Below are positions 12,925 through 24,988 of a stretch of DNA of 64,000 bases, piece after piece. The stretch covers positions 47,677,879-47,741,878 of the forward strand of contig NC_068996.1 in assembly GCF_001194135.2 (NCBI RefSeq). Reading direction: 5' to 3'. Below the pieces are notes generated by a model, which was given only the letters and a program-made list of their open reading frames with translations, made no database searches and was not told where the DNA came from. A program made the position numbers and the translations under genes. Position 1 is the stretch's first letter. Every line of letters starts with the position of its first letter. Source of the stretch: Octopus bimaculoides. Lineage: Eukaryota.

Positions 12925-13890
12925 GGGAGAGGGAGAGAGAGAGACTGGGGAGACAGATTGAGGAGGAGAGAGAGAGATTGGGGAGAGACAGGATAAGAGA
13001 GAGAGTTGAGGAAGAAAATCAATAACATATTTGAAGAGAAAATAATAGAATACCAGAGAGAATGGATGAGAGACAATGTGTGTGCGTGTGTGTGTGTGTG
13101 TGTGCGTGTGTGTGTGTGTGCGTGCGTGTGTGTGTGTATGAAAGGTGCATGGCTCACTAATTATATTGATAAGAAAGTAGGGAGAGAGAGGTACAGAAAG
13201 AGAGAGGTACAGAGAGAGAGAAAGGTACAGAAAGAGAGAGGTACAGAAAAAGAGAGGTACAGAGAGAGAGAGAGAGAGAGAGATGGACAATAAGATGTAA
13301 TGAGAGGCAAAAAGAGAGAGAGAGATAGAGAGAGAGAGAATGGACAAAAGAGGTAAAGAGAAAAAGAGAGAAATAGACAAAAAGAGATAAAGAGAGGCAG
13401 AGAGAGAGAGACAGGGACAGAGACAGAGAGAAAAGTAATATTATATTACAGAAAGAGGCAAATTATTAGAGAATGGAGTTTATGTGTTAGTATGTTGAAG
13501 GAATTGTGTGTGTGTGTGTGTGTGTGCATATAGAAAGATGGAGGGGAAGAGAGGGAGAGAGTGAAAAGGAGAATAAGAGAAAGAGAGAGTGTATGGTACA
13601 AGATGTCTGTATGTAGGTGTGTAAATGTACTTAACTTAGTGCATGAAGAAAGATAGACAGATAGATAGACGGAAATGTTGATAGACAGATAGGTAGAATT
13701 GTTGAGAGATACATAGGTTGATAGTTATATATGTAGATGGATGGATGGAGATAGATAGATAGATAAAGTGTTAGGTAGGTAGGTACGTAGATAGATAGAT
13801 GGATGGATGGATAGATCGATAGATAGACAGAGGGCTAGATAACTTTCTTTTATTAGCCACACAGGGCTGCACACAGAGGGGACAGAGAGG

Positions 13891-13940
<50 letters not shown>

Positions 13941-14925
13941 CAGGAAGATAGATAGATAGATAGATAGACAGGAAGATAGATAGATAGATAGAAAGTGAGA
14001 AAGAAAGAGAGACACACACACAGAGACAGAGAGACAGACAGATTGACAGAAGGAAGGAGAAAGAGAAAGTCTATATCATTTTTGCAAGAGAAAATAAAAC
14101 AGGAGTGGAGAGCAATAAGAAGAGAACACTCATATGTGCCTTACGCAAGGCAGGAGAAAGAGAGAGAGGGGGTGTGGGATATGGGAGAAAGAGAGGAACA
14201 AAGGAATAAAGAGAGGGAGAGATAAGAGGAGAAAAGAAAGAAGTTTGTATCATGGGAGACAAACAAGATCCACTGAACACATTGTGTGTGTGTGTGTGTG
14301 TGTGTGTGTGAGAGATAGAGAGAGAGAGAAATTGTGTTGGGTGCATGTGTGAGTGTTTGCGTGTGCAAATGTAGTAGAGTCAAAAACTGGCAGACAGAGA
14401 AAAAGTGGTAAGAGAGAAAGAAGAGGAGATGAAGAGTAATGTAGTGAGGAGATAGTAAAAATTGAGAAAGAGAGAGTGAGAGACACACACACACACACAC
14501 ACAAAGAGAGAGAGACACACACATAAAGAGAGAGATACACACACACACACACAAAAAGAGAGAGAGACACACACACACAAAGAGAGAGAGAGACACACAC
14601 ACTCAAAGAGAGAGACACACACAAAGAGAGAGACACACACACACAAAGAAAGAGACACACACATAAAGAGAGAGACACACACACACACACTAAAAGAGAG
14701 AGACACACACACACACAAAGAGAGAGAGACACACACACACACAAAGAGAGAGACACACACAAAGAGAGAGACACACACATAAAGAGAGAGAGACACACAC
14801 ACACACAAAAAGAGAGAGACACACACACACAAAGAGAGGGACACACACAAAGAGAGAGAGACACACACTCAAAGAAAGAGACACACACATAAAGAGAGAG
14901 ACACACACACACAAAGAGAGAGACT
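12925..14925. repeat. Microsatellite cluster: (GA)n, (TG)n, (GATA)n and a compound (CA)n-AAA-(GA)n array at 14460-14925
   Basis: Directly visible low-complexity tracts. Confidence 0.95.
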
Positions 14926-15237
14926 ACAGGTGATGGAAGACAAGAGTACGAAAATGGGATAGTGCATGCACACACACACATAAAAGTAGGATGTGTGTGT
15001 TTGTCTGTGTGTGTGCAAAAGTGTGAGAAAATGCTAGTGAGGTGAGTCTAAGGAAATGGCAAACTAAGAGAAAATTCACTTATTGATTTATCATCAAGTT
15101 TTCTAATCATCTTTTCCACTTTTACAAAATATGTATGTCAGCTGATTGAAATGAGAGTGAAACTAAGGTGAGAGTGGATATATGAATGGCAGAGAGAAAA
15201 ACGTAGTGGCATAAAACAAAAACAAAACAACAACAAC

Positions 15238-15268
<31 letters not shown>

Positions 15269-15271
15269 TGT

Positions 15272-15458
15272 GTAGGAGTTACTGTGTGGTAAGTAGCTTG
15301 CTTACCAGCCACATGGTTCTGGGTTCAGTCCCACTGCGTGGTACCTTGGGCAAGTGTATTCTGTACCCTCAGGCTGACCAAAACCTTATGAATGGATTTG
15401 GTAGACGGAAACTGAAAGAAGTTCATCGTATATCTCTATCTATCTATCTATCTATCTA

Positions 15459-15506
<48 letters not shown>

Positions 15507-15733
15507 CACACATATATATATATGTATGTATTTGTTTGTGTATGTATGTGTTTGTTACCTCACAATCACTTGACAACTGATTTTAATGTGTTAACCTAGC
15601 ACTTCAGCAAAAGAGTCCGATGGAATAAGTACTAGGCTTATAAAGAATAAGTCCTGGGGTCGATTACATCAACTAAAATCTTTTAAGGTGGTGCTCCAGC
15701 ATAGCCACAGTCAAATGACTGAAACTAATAAAA
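15272..15733 (+). mobile_element. SINE family 1, full length
   Basis: Head gtaggagttactgtgtggtaagtagcttgc, internal (TCTA)n(TA)n, tail ...cagtcaaatgactgaaac. Confidence 0.8.
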
Positions 15734-15736
15734 AAA

Positions 15737-15950
15737 TCATCATTTAACGTCCGTTGTCCTTGCTGGCATGGGTTGGACAGTTTGACCAGGACTGGCATGC
15801 TGGAAGGCTGCGCCACACTCTAGTCTGATTTGGCATGGTTTTCTAAGACTGGATGACCTTCCTTATGCCAACCACTCCGAGAGTATAAAGGGTGCTTTTA
15901 CGTGCCACCAGCATGGGTGCCATTTGCATGACACTGGTTTCTGCCACGAC
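15737..15950 (-). mobile_element. RTE-type family 3 fragment, tail-to-tail with the preceding SINE
   Basis: catcatttaacgtccg...gcatgggttggacag...ccaaccactccgagagt is the reverse complement of the family 3 3' end. Confidence 0.7.
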
Positions 15951-17209
15951 TGTGATTATAAAAATTTAGGATTCAAGAAAATAATTAAGATATAAAAATA
16001 CATAAAATAATGTAAGATGTAATATTTTTAAAAAAAATATAGAAAATAAAAGAATAAATGAGAATATAAAAATATAAAAAAAAGCATAAAATATAAGCAT
16101 GGTTTTGTAGTAAGAGGTTCACTTCCCAAACACATGGCAGCACCTTGGGAAAATGTCTTCTACTATAGCCCTGGGCTGACCAAATCCTTGTAAGTGGATT
16201 TTGTAGACAGACACTCTCACGCACATACCACATGTATATATATGAGGAGGAGCTGAAAAGTTCCTGGCTTTGGATAAAAGAAAATACAGGAGGATCAGGT
16301 AATGCTGGTTTTAATCAACACCCCAAATCTGCCAAATCAGACTGGAGTCTGGTGCAGCCTTCCAGCTCACCAACCCTGGTCAAACCGTCTGACCCATGCT
16401 AGCATAGACAATGGACGTTAAATGATGATGATGATGATGATGATATTTCCCTCTCAGATTCACACTTATTGCAGTGGTCCTTCAGTCATTCTAACCCCTA
16501 CAAAGGAACTCAGAAGGTTGGGCCTCCAACAAGGCCTTTTGCAATACTCTTAAAGCCAGAAACTTTTCAGCACCCCTTTGTGTGTTTGTGTGTGTATGTG
16601 TGTGTGTGTGTGTATGTGTGTGTGTGTGCGTGTATGCGTGTTTGCGCATCACCATTGCATGACACCCAATGTTAGTTTGTTTACATCCCCATAACTGAGC
16701 CGTTCAGAAAAAGAGACCACTAGAATACGTACCACACTTAAAAAAGAAAAAATATTGAAGTCTATTCCCTCATCTAAATCCCTTCAAGGCGATGCAGTCC
16801 AATGACTGGAAACTTGTAAACAATATAAAATATTATAATGTAAAATATGATATAAAATAAAACATGCAAAATATATGTTTCCTGGTTATTGAGTGAGTGA
16901 GCCACATAAATACTGTCATGTGATCTATTGCTGCTATGCTGTTGTTAAACCCTGAAGTATTCATCTCACACTATGTTGCACTGAAGATGAAAGGAATCTT
17001 GATGCAGCTGGTTTCCCATCATGTTTGGTTGCAGTTATGGTAGATGTCCAGACAAGGTGTTCTTGTTTCTGATTTTAATGGAGAGACATGTAATTTCTCT
17101 AAGAAGCCATGTGTTGTGAAACTTTCTACAGTATCTGGATTGACATTTCAATGATAAGCTTATTTGGGAGCTGTCACCCACAATGCCAACCCAAAACATC
17201 ATGAGTACA

Positions 17210-17490
17210 TTGGCTGAATGCTTGATCAACAATGAAATTACATGCCTGCAGTTGTACGTGGTGTATAAAATCGAATGTAGCTAATGTAATGGAAGCTACA
17301 TTGGAAGTACACATATGGGTTAAAGAACACTTCTATGCTGATGCTTTTTCCATAAAAATACACTACAGAAGTGCTACACCTAAGACATCCAGGTTTCAAT
17401 TGAAGCCACAGAATGAAACATTGGGAACTTGAGACTAAAAGAAGCCATCTTAATTAGCAGTACCAGCCTATATATTAACAACAAAACTAA
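17210..17490 (+). pseudogene. Decayed Penelope-like element GIY-YIG endonuclease
   Basis: Translation AECLINNEITCLQLYVVYKIECS*CNGSYIGSTHMG*R...IEATE*NIGNLRLKEAILISSTSLYINNK. It shows the VVYxIxCxxC..YIGxT and RLxEAxxI..(I)N motifs of PLE GIY-YIG domains, with multiple stops. Confidence 0.8.
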
Positions 17491-18680
17491 GCTACATACA
17501 GCTGATCAGCTACTGTATGAACACTATCTTATGTTGCAAGACAACCCTACATATACACACAGTTTAGAACATAAAAGTCAGCTCAGAACACCATGTTTCC
17601 TGAAGAAATATATTATATTGAAATATAAGGAAGAAGTACAAAGCTTCAATTTGTATTATTTTTTATAATTTGCCTTGTTTTAAAAAAAATCAAGAATAAA
17701 TTTTAATCATTAAAGGATGGATTCTGTATTATGTGAAACAATATTGTGGGCTCTCCTTTCTTTTGCCACAAAACTGCTGCTCTTCTCTTCCAAATTGGAA
17801 TGAGAATATTAGAGATAAGGAAAGAGTTTTGTGAAGTCGTAACTGATACAATAAATACTGCTGGCTGTTTTCCATGGGAAACCTTTTTGAAATCTTGCAT
17901 ATAGAGAATAAAGGAATAAGCTGTTCAATAAAGGATATGCAACTTCGTTTGGTTTTTGTTTTTGTTTTCACAGTGTGCATGTATATTGTAACAAACTTTT
18001 ATTGTATCATTTAAAATTTTAAGAATAGAAATAAATATTAAAAAAAACAGAAAATTATAAAAACTGACAAAATAAAGATGAAATAATATGTAAAATAAGA
18101 TTTAGAATAAAAATATTCTTAAAAAATTAAACTAAACTAAAAATGGCATAATATAAGTATGAATAAAATGATATATAATTTAAGATTTAAAAAATAAAAT
18201 TGAAATATCTTAAAACATAAAATGAAAATGAAAATTTTGATTTAATATGAAGTTAAGTAAAATATATACAATAAAGACTTAGAAATACAATAAAAAAATA
18301 AAGTGTGGAATGAAAATAAAACATGACTATGTAAAATGAATACAATTATACATAGTTTAAGATTTAAAAATAAAAGAAAATGTCTGGAAAATATCAAATG
18401 ATAATAAAAGAAATGAAAATATAAAACAAATAAAATTATACATAATTTAAGATTAAAAAAACATGAAAATTAACATACAGTTGAAGGTAAACACAAGTAA
18501 CCTTTAAAATGCCTCCTTCCCTATTGGGAGTTTTTTTTAAACTTCTTACATTGTTTTATTGCTATCAAATGTGTACACGAATGTTTTTTTGCAAAACCTT
18601 TTGTATATCATCTTGAGTTGTCCTTTAATGTTTTGATTTATATTAACCCTTGTGCCCAATAAAATGATTAATTATTACCA

Positions 18681-19216
18681 TTATTGAGTAGGGAACAATG
18701 CATACTATCAAAGTGACACTGGAGTACATACATACAAAGCCCAGTGTAGCCATTCTGACTACCCGTCTGATAAGGGTACACCAGGCACATGCATCACAAC
18801 CATATGTGCGCGACATGGTGATTTTATATCAAGATAAATAGCACATGACTTTGAAGATGGGGCACAGTGAGAATTTTCTTCAGGTTGAGTAGCCCATCCT
18901 GCTCAAAAGGTCCCTAAATAAGGGTCGTTTAAGGATATTGAACGAAAATCCCATGTTTCCAGAAATGAATTACTCAAACCTCAAAGATTTCCTCTCAACA
19001 CACGACTATGATGCTCTCCCACTATTTCTGCTCGTGATCAGTGATGCACATATCGTCAGCCACCAAGGGACATGCGCAACTGGTTAATGTCAAACAACTG
19101 ACAAGCAAATCTGTGGTATTGAGCAGAATATTTGCTGTAGCTCATCCTTTATACCAAGACAAAACACTGTACATGACAGCATTTCCAATCAGTTAAAATC
19201 AGAAGCTATGAGAGCC
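18681..19216 (-). mobile_element. Unclassified ~540-bp retroposon, family 5
   Basis: Homologous to 23339-23772 (+), 33811-34289 (-) and 39958-40354 (-). The copies at 33.8 and 40.0 kb end in (AAT)n on the minus strand. Confidence 0.65.
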
Positions 19217-19242
19217 AGTGACTAGTACTGCATCCGGTATTT

Positions 19243-19303
<61 letters not shown>

Positions 19304-20412
19304 TAATAATAATTATTATTATTATTATTATTATTATTATCATCATCAAGTTTGTTTTGCATTGGGAAGACTTCCTAAAGTATTGAACATACAGTCATAG
19401 AATTTGCTAAAAAGGTATAATTGAACAGGCTTGAGGAAATTCAGTTTCTGTTGACAAATGACATTAGTCTATGGAGAAAGACTAAAACTCAACTGTAGAA
19501 AATTCCAAACAACAAAGGATCTCTAAGAGGAAAAGCAATGATGAAGTCAGATGAGAAAAGTAAATAAAAACACCAGGAAGTCATTTCTAAAAGCCTAACC
19601 TTGGTATTGTTGCTACTGGTTAAATGTAGCTAGGAATGGTTAATGGCTATGGCTTATCTGAACAAATGTTTACCAAAAGCATCTTTTGAAGGTTAGCATC
19701 AGTAATAAATCAGGTGGAATGGAAGGTAAATCTGCTGTAGAACTATCAGGATGCAGTTTAGAGACAAACAGTACAAGTTTAGATAAAGATAATGAAATGA
19801 TAGCAAGGTGACAGTAATGAAAAAGCTAAATTGAGAAGAACAGCTGGAGTCATTTCAAGGACCAGACGATTGGTCTCAGTGGCTTTCACGTTGTATTAGA
19901 CAGGACAACATTCTACTTGACTAAATGCAGAAGATGATGCCGTTGTGATGATGATGGTGATGATGATGAAGATGATGATCATCATCATCATCATCATCAA
20001 CACCACTGCTATCATCCTCCTTATCATCACCACCGCTATCATCATCATCATCATCATTGTTGTTGTCGTCGTCATCAGCAATAACAAACACCAACAGCAC
20101 TATCATCATGTGGCTGCTTCATCCTCCTCATCCTCCTCATCCTCATCATATGGTCGCTTTATGTGCTGACATGGGTTGGAGGAGTCGTTTTGGTTATACT
20201 GAGCACATATTTAGTGGGTGGGTACTGTTCACCTTACATAGACTGTATTTCACTCAGGTTTCAATTTTGGCTTGTTTCTTTGACTGGGTGCCATTTCTAA
20301 CATTAACCATTTTACACAATGCACTGGTTACAACAGTTCTATATTTAAGAAATGAGGAATTATGTACATTATTTACATTTGACGGATATTTGTCCTCATT
20401 TTGTTTGTTGTT

Positions 20413-20458
20413 AACACAACATTTCGGCTGATATGCTCTCCAGCCTTCATCAGGTGTC
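20413..20458 (-). ncRNA. Minimal type I hammerhead ribozyme motif (family A)
   Basis: GACAC-CUGAUGA-A-GGCUG-gagagcauau-CAGCC-GAAA-UG-UU-GUGUU. Stem I GACAC/GUGUU, 5-bp stem II, intact core, minimal helix III. Confidence 0.7.
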
Positions 20459-20639
20459 TTGGGGAAATTTCGAACCTGGGTTCTCATTTCTAAAGTATTT
20501 TTCAATGTTATTATTATTATTATTCAGGTCACTGCCTGGAATCGAACTCGGAATCTTGGGGTTAGTAGCCCATGCTCTTATCCACTACACCATCGAAAAA
20601 TACCTTAGGAATAAGAACCCAGTTTTGAAATTTCCCCAA

Positions 20640-20685
20640 GACACCTGAAGAAGGCTGGAGGGTATATCAACCGAAACATTGTGTT
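20640..20685 (+). ncRNA. Minimal type I hammerhead ribozyme motif (family A, inverted copy)
   Basis: GACAC-CUGAAGA-A-GGCUG-gaggguauau-CAACC-GAAA-CA-UU-GUGUU. One mismatch in stem II. Confidence 0.65.
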
Positions 20686-20914
20686 AACAACGAACAAGAT
20701 GAGGACAAATATCCGTCAAATGTAAATAATGTAAATAATGTGCACTAGTTACTATTCTTGTTTTTTTTATGGCACCAGCATTAAAGAAGTTGTCATTTCC
20801 TAGACAAGACTATATAATTTTCTCCACCCTACACATTTACAGCATGTACTAAGATGCATTGTTTCCATTTTTTTTTTTTTTTGTGATACTTGCACTAGTA
20901 GACAAGTAGCCATG

Positions 20915-21115
20915 TCCCTTGTTACAAGGTCTGAAATTTGTTGGGAGGGAACTAGTTGGTTACATCAATTTCACTGGTACTTAATTTATTGACCCTGGAA
21001 GTTTGAATGGCAAAGCTGACCTTGGTGGAATTTGAACTCAGAATGTAAGGACGGATGAAATACCGCTAAGGATATCGCTTGATCTGCTAACAGTTCTGTC
21101 GGCTTACCACCTTAA
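20915..21115 (-). mobile_element. tRNA-derived SINE, family 2
   Basis: Reverse complement of ggcggtaagc(t)gacagaactgttagc...ttctgagttcaaattccaccaaggtcagctttgcc...aataaattaagtaccagt. Confidence 0.7.
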
Positions 21116-21543
21116 TAATATTAATAATATGGAGGATCCCAGTTGAGAATCACTAGCATAGATAATAAGTACTGCCCCCTTCCTTGATTCAATATTATAA
21201 AATGGAAGAGAAAAATGCTAATGTTTGTTAAAAAAGAAAAAAAAATCTAAAAGATATTTCGGGGAAATCCATTCATACGAATATTTGTTTATAGATAAAA
21301 ACTACTCCATGGAAATGACTAAGTGACTAATGGCTGATGTAAAACGTCAGAGTACTTAAAGAGATTTTCATTGAGTATTTAAGTGGCTGGAGAGGGCGGG
21401 AGAGAGATATGGCGGTGGGGACTGTAGCAGATGAAGTTGTAAACCGTGTTTCAAATTGGTCGATCACTGGGGAAATCCTGCTATTCTCATGTTTACATCT
21501 CTCAGCAGTCTCAAAATGATGTATTATCAGCACATAAAACATA

Positions 21544-21578
<35 letters not shown>

Positions 21579-22644
21579 TAATTCTTTTTTTTAATGGTAG
21601 TCTCTGGAGTCTGAGAATGGTGATTCCACAACTTGTTGCTGAACAACTTGAACAAATGATTTGTTTCTAGTGATGCTTGTGTTGCACACCAGTTCACTCC
21701 CATCCATCAAATTGACATTAACTATACAAGTGAATGGCGTGTCACGTGTTGGTTGCCAAAAGGATTGCGGTGTAACATAATATTAAGCGTTTTGTTCAAG
21801 AATCCAGTGCACTGCCCAGTCCAAGAATTGAAACCATAATCTCATGATTGTGAATGTATCACCCTAATGGCTAGGTTATCATAAGTGTGGGGACGAAATT
21901 TGCTTAGCAGTGCAAACCCAGTTTTTCAGGTGAATGTTCAATGTTTTCCCTGCCACCAGTGAAATCGATGTAACCAACTAGTTCCCTCCCAACAAATTTC
22001 AGACCTTGAGCCTTTCACGGAAAGGATTATTATTATTATAGAGGTGAGGTGGTAGAATCATTAGCACACCTGACAAGATGATTAGTGACATTTTGTCCAT
22101 TTTTATGTTCTAAGTTCAAATTCCAGAGGTCGACTCTGCCATTCATTGTTTCAAAGTAGACAAATTCAGCACCAATCGAACACTGGGGTTATTGTCTTTG
22201 ACTAGCCCCTTCTCCAATAATTTAAGGCCTTGTGCCTATAGCAGAAAGGATCATCCTTATCATTATTATCATCATCACCTTCATCCTTATTCTTCTCCTC
22301 TTCCTTTTCATTCTTCTTAATTTCGTTCTTCAGCCTCCATGTAAGGTCAGGTAGAACAGGTGAGTGGACCTATTCTTAAAGGAATTCCTGCCAGCCACAG
22401 CCACTTTGACTCATTTTTTTATATCATAAACAAATGTTGATCACATAATTTCCTTTTTAGGGTATCAGGATTTTATTAAGCGATTTGGCTGCTATTTCTA
22501 GCAGGGGCTGCATGACTGCATAGAAGCTGCTTTAATGATTCTTTTGCCTTCTTGATTGGTGTTTGATTTATCAAATCTTGAAGAGTTGAAGTGCAAAGTT
22601 AATAACCCTTTCTAACGAGAAAGATTTTATAGCATGAAAGTGAG

Positions 22645-22699
<55 letters not shown>

Positions 22700-23338
22700 G
22701 AAAAAAAGTGAGAGAAAGAAAGATTTAACGCTAAAGAGAGAACTGTTTATTTCTGATGTGTATATATGGACCAGTCAACTCACCATCCCTGCCTTACTAT
22801 CATAATGATAATAATAACAACGTTTCCTTTAAAAGTATCACGCACCCATTCGAACATTAACTGGCTTCAATTATGTACTCAGTCTTCATTTTAATATTAA
22901 ATGTCCATTCGAACCAGACATGCTACACAAACAATAGTTAATGTATAGAGTTACGGACAACAATATTCTTAGACATTGGATCTTGATTACACATACAATT
23001 AAATAAGGAGCTGCAAAATTATTAAATTATACGACTATTATCCAAACAAGTGAAGATAAAATTCAAATAACCAAGATTAGAATTACTTTATTTGATTAGC
23101 AAAAACTAATTAATATGCTAAAGTAGTCAACAAGAACTAGCAACACACTTGCGATGTGGAAATGAATTAGTGTGAAAGTAAATTTATTAATGGAATAAAT
23201 TTAAAACACAATCCTCTTCATACAAAGTTGATGGGAATTAGATGGGAAATCCATGAATTCAATGGCCACCCACACAAAAGAAGCATTTTGCAGCTTTAAA
23301 GCAGTTTGTCATTTTTTAAAAATAATATGAAGTATCAA

Positions 23339-23772
23339 GCTCTCATGACTTCTGGTCTTAACTGATTGGAAGCGTTATCATGTAGATTGTTTTGTCTTGC
23401 TATAAAAGTTATAGCAAATATTCTGCTCAATACCACAGATTTGCTTGTCAGTTGTTTGACCATAACCAGTTGAGCATGTCTCTTGGTGGCTGACGATATG
23501 TGCATCTCTGATCATGAGCAGGAGTAGTGGGGGAGCATCATAACCATGTGTTGAGAGGAATTCTTTGGGGTTTGAATAATTCACCTTTGGAAACATGGAT
23601 GTTTTGCTCAACATCCTTAAACAAACCTTATTCAGGGACCTTTTGAGCGGGATGGGCTACTCAACCTGAAGAAAATTCTAACTGATCCCTACCTGAAAGG
23701 TCATACACTGTTAATCTTGATATAAGGTCACCATGTGCACATATGGTTGTGATGCATGTGCCTGGTGTGCCC
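23339..23772 (+). mobile_element. Family 5 retroposon, 5' end present, 3' truncated
   Basis: Begins gctctcatgacttctggtcttaactgattggaag, the same boundary as the copy ending at 19216. Confidence 0.65.
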
Positions 23773-23877
23773 AATTTCTAAGGCTTATAAGGGACTGAGA
23801 TAACAACACACCCCCATCAAAAAGGACACTGGTCTGCCACAGGGTTAACTTCCCAGTTTTCTCTGGAATTAATTTCT

Positions 23878-24230
23878 GAGGTTAGCTAAAAGTTCATAGG
23901 CCAACCAAGATACTCTCATTAGAATGCGACCAAATGAGGTTTATTTTTTCATCATAGCCTCCCCTTGCAATCCACACACTTCTTACACCAGGGTTGCCAC
24001 TGGACGCTTGGATGCTATCGGTAAAGAAGCTTTGATCCTGCTGGTCAAAAGAAGTTATAAACAACAGATATGACGTCATCATCACTGCAATACTGGTTCC
24101 CAGCCAAATGGGTTTTTGTGTTGGGGGAATAGATGATAATCAGATGGGGTCAAATCAGGAGAATAGGGAAACTGATCAACCAGTTTAAAGTCACAGTCAT
24201 GCACAGCTGAGTGGACAGGCCCAGTGTGTA
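23878..24230 (-). pseudogene. Mariner transposase C-terminal fragment with 3' TIR
   Basis: Translation HSAVHDCDFKLVDQFPYSPDLTPSDYHLFP... then SFFTDSIQA...WIARGGYDEK, showing the YSPDLAPSDYHLF-type motif. TIR-like gaggttagctaaaagttcatagg at about 23878-23900. Confidence 0.85.
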
Positions 24231-24395
24231 AAGAAAAGTTTTGTTCAAGACCTGGAAGTTGAAACCAAGATCTTGCAATCATGAGTGAAACGATTTGACC
24301 ACTGGGGCAAATGATTTCCCAACTTGTAAAAAGATTTAAAAAAAAAGAAATATTGTAAGAACAACAATAATGATGATGATGATGATGATGATGAT

Positions 24396-24732
24396 TGTTC
24401 TCTAGAACAATGCTATGTACAAAACCAAAGATATGACACCCTAGGCAGAATACCAACATGAACTTCTAACTTGTCTCTTGAGGTTTCTAGATGAGACTTG
24501 GAGCCAACTTGTGTACAAATACAAAACAAAAGTCAAACATAATAATAATAATAATAATAATAATAATATGTTCTCTAGAACAATACTATGTACAAAATCA
24601 AATATGACACCCTAGGCACAAACACCAACTTGAACTTCTAACTTTTTGTCTCATGAGGTTTCAGGATGAGACTTGGAGTCAATCAACTTGTGCAAGAATG
24701 CAAAGCAAAAGTCAGGCATATGATAATAATAA
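24396..24732 (+). repeat. Tandem duplication of a ~170-bp unit, each copy ending in (AAT)n
   Basis: tgttctctagaacaat.ctatgtacaaaa...gacaccctaggca...gatgagacttggag...aaaagtca occurs at 24396-24568 and 24569-24732. Confidence 0.85.
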
Positions 24733-24988
24733 GAGTCAATGATTTGGTTCGTGCTAATAGTTTTCTGGTACTGCTTAATTTTTTCCAATTAGCTTTCTGT
24801 CATAATTAATAGAGGTTAATTAGAGCTGCTTGGAAATTCATTAAATCTGCTTAGTATTTTAAATAGCGAGCAATTAATTATTAATCATACATAATTATTG
24901 TATGAAAATACCTTTAAAGAAAGTGGAGAAGTTGTGAAATATAGGAGGAAAAAGTATAAAGAATTAGTAAGTACATTTTCTTTTTTCC

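Larger units (their letters stand above)
20332..20740. mobile_element. Palindromic composite element: tRNA-like head plus hammerhead-bearing arm, with an inverted copy of the arm
   Basis: Arms about 20360-20505 and 20591-20740 are reverse complements. Central tRNA-like head on the minus strand (20525-20593). Flanked by tgcactggttac (20320-20331) and tgcactagttac (20741-20752). Confidence 0.75.

Noticed and set aside
17735-17910. 55-codon open frame NNIVGSPFFCHKTAALL...CFPWETFLKSCI
   Set aside because: No splice acceptor or start codon and no recognisable family.
19896-20169. Poly-Asp/His/Met/Ile ORFs (also 31046-31427, 51220-51654)
   Set aside because: (GAT/CAT/CCT)n trinucleotide tracts without splice or homology support.
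20525-20593. Possible tRNA gene (also SINE heads at 12110-12190, 35490-35565, 59960-60030)
   Set aside because: Acceptor and anticodon stems do not pair properly and each runs into a repeat body; these are tRNA-derived SINE heads.
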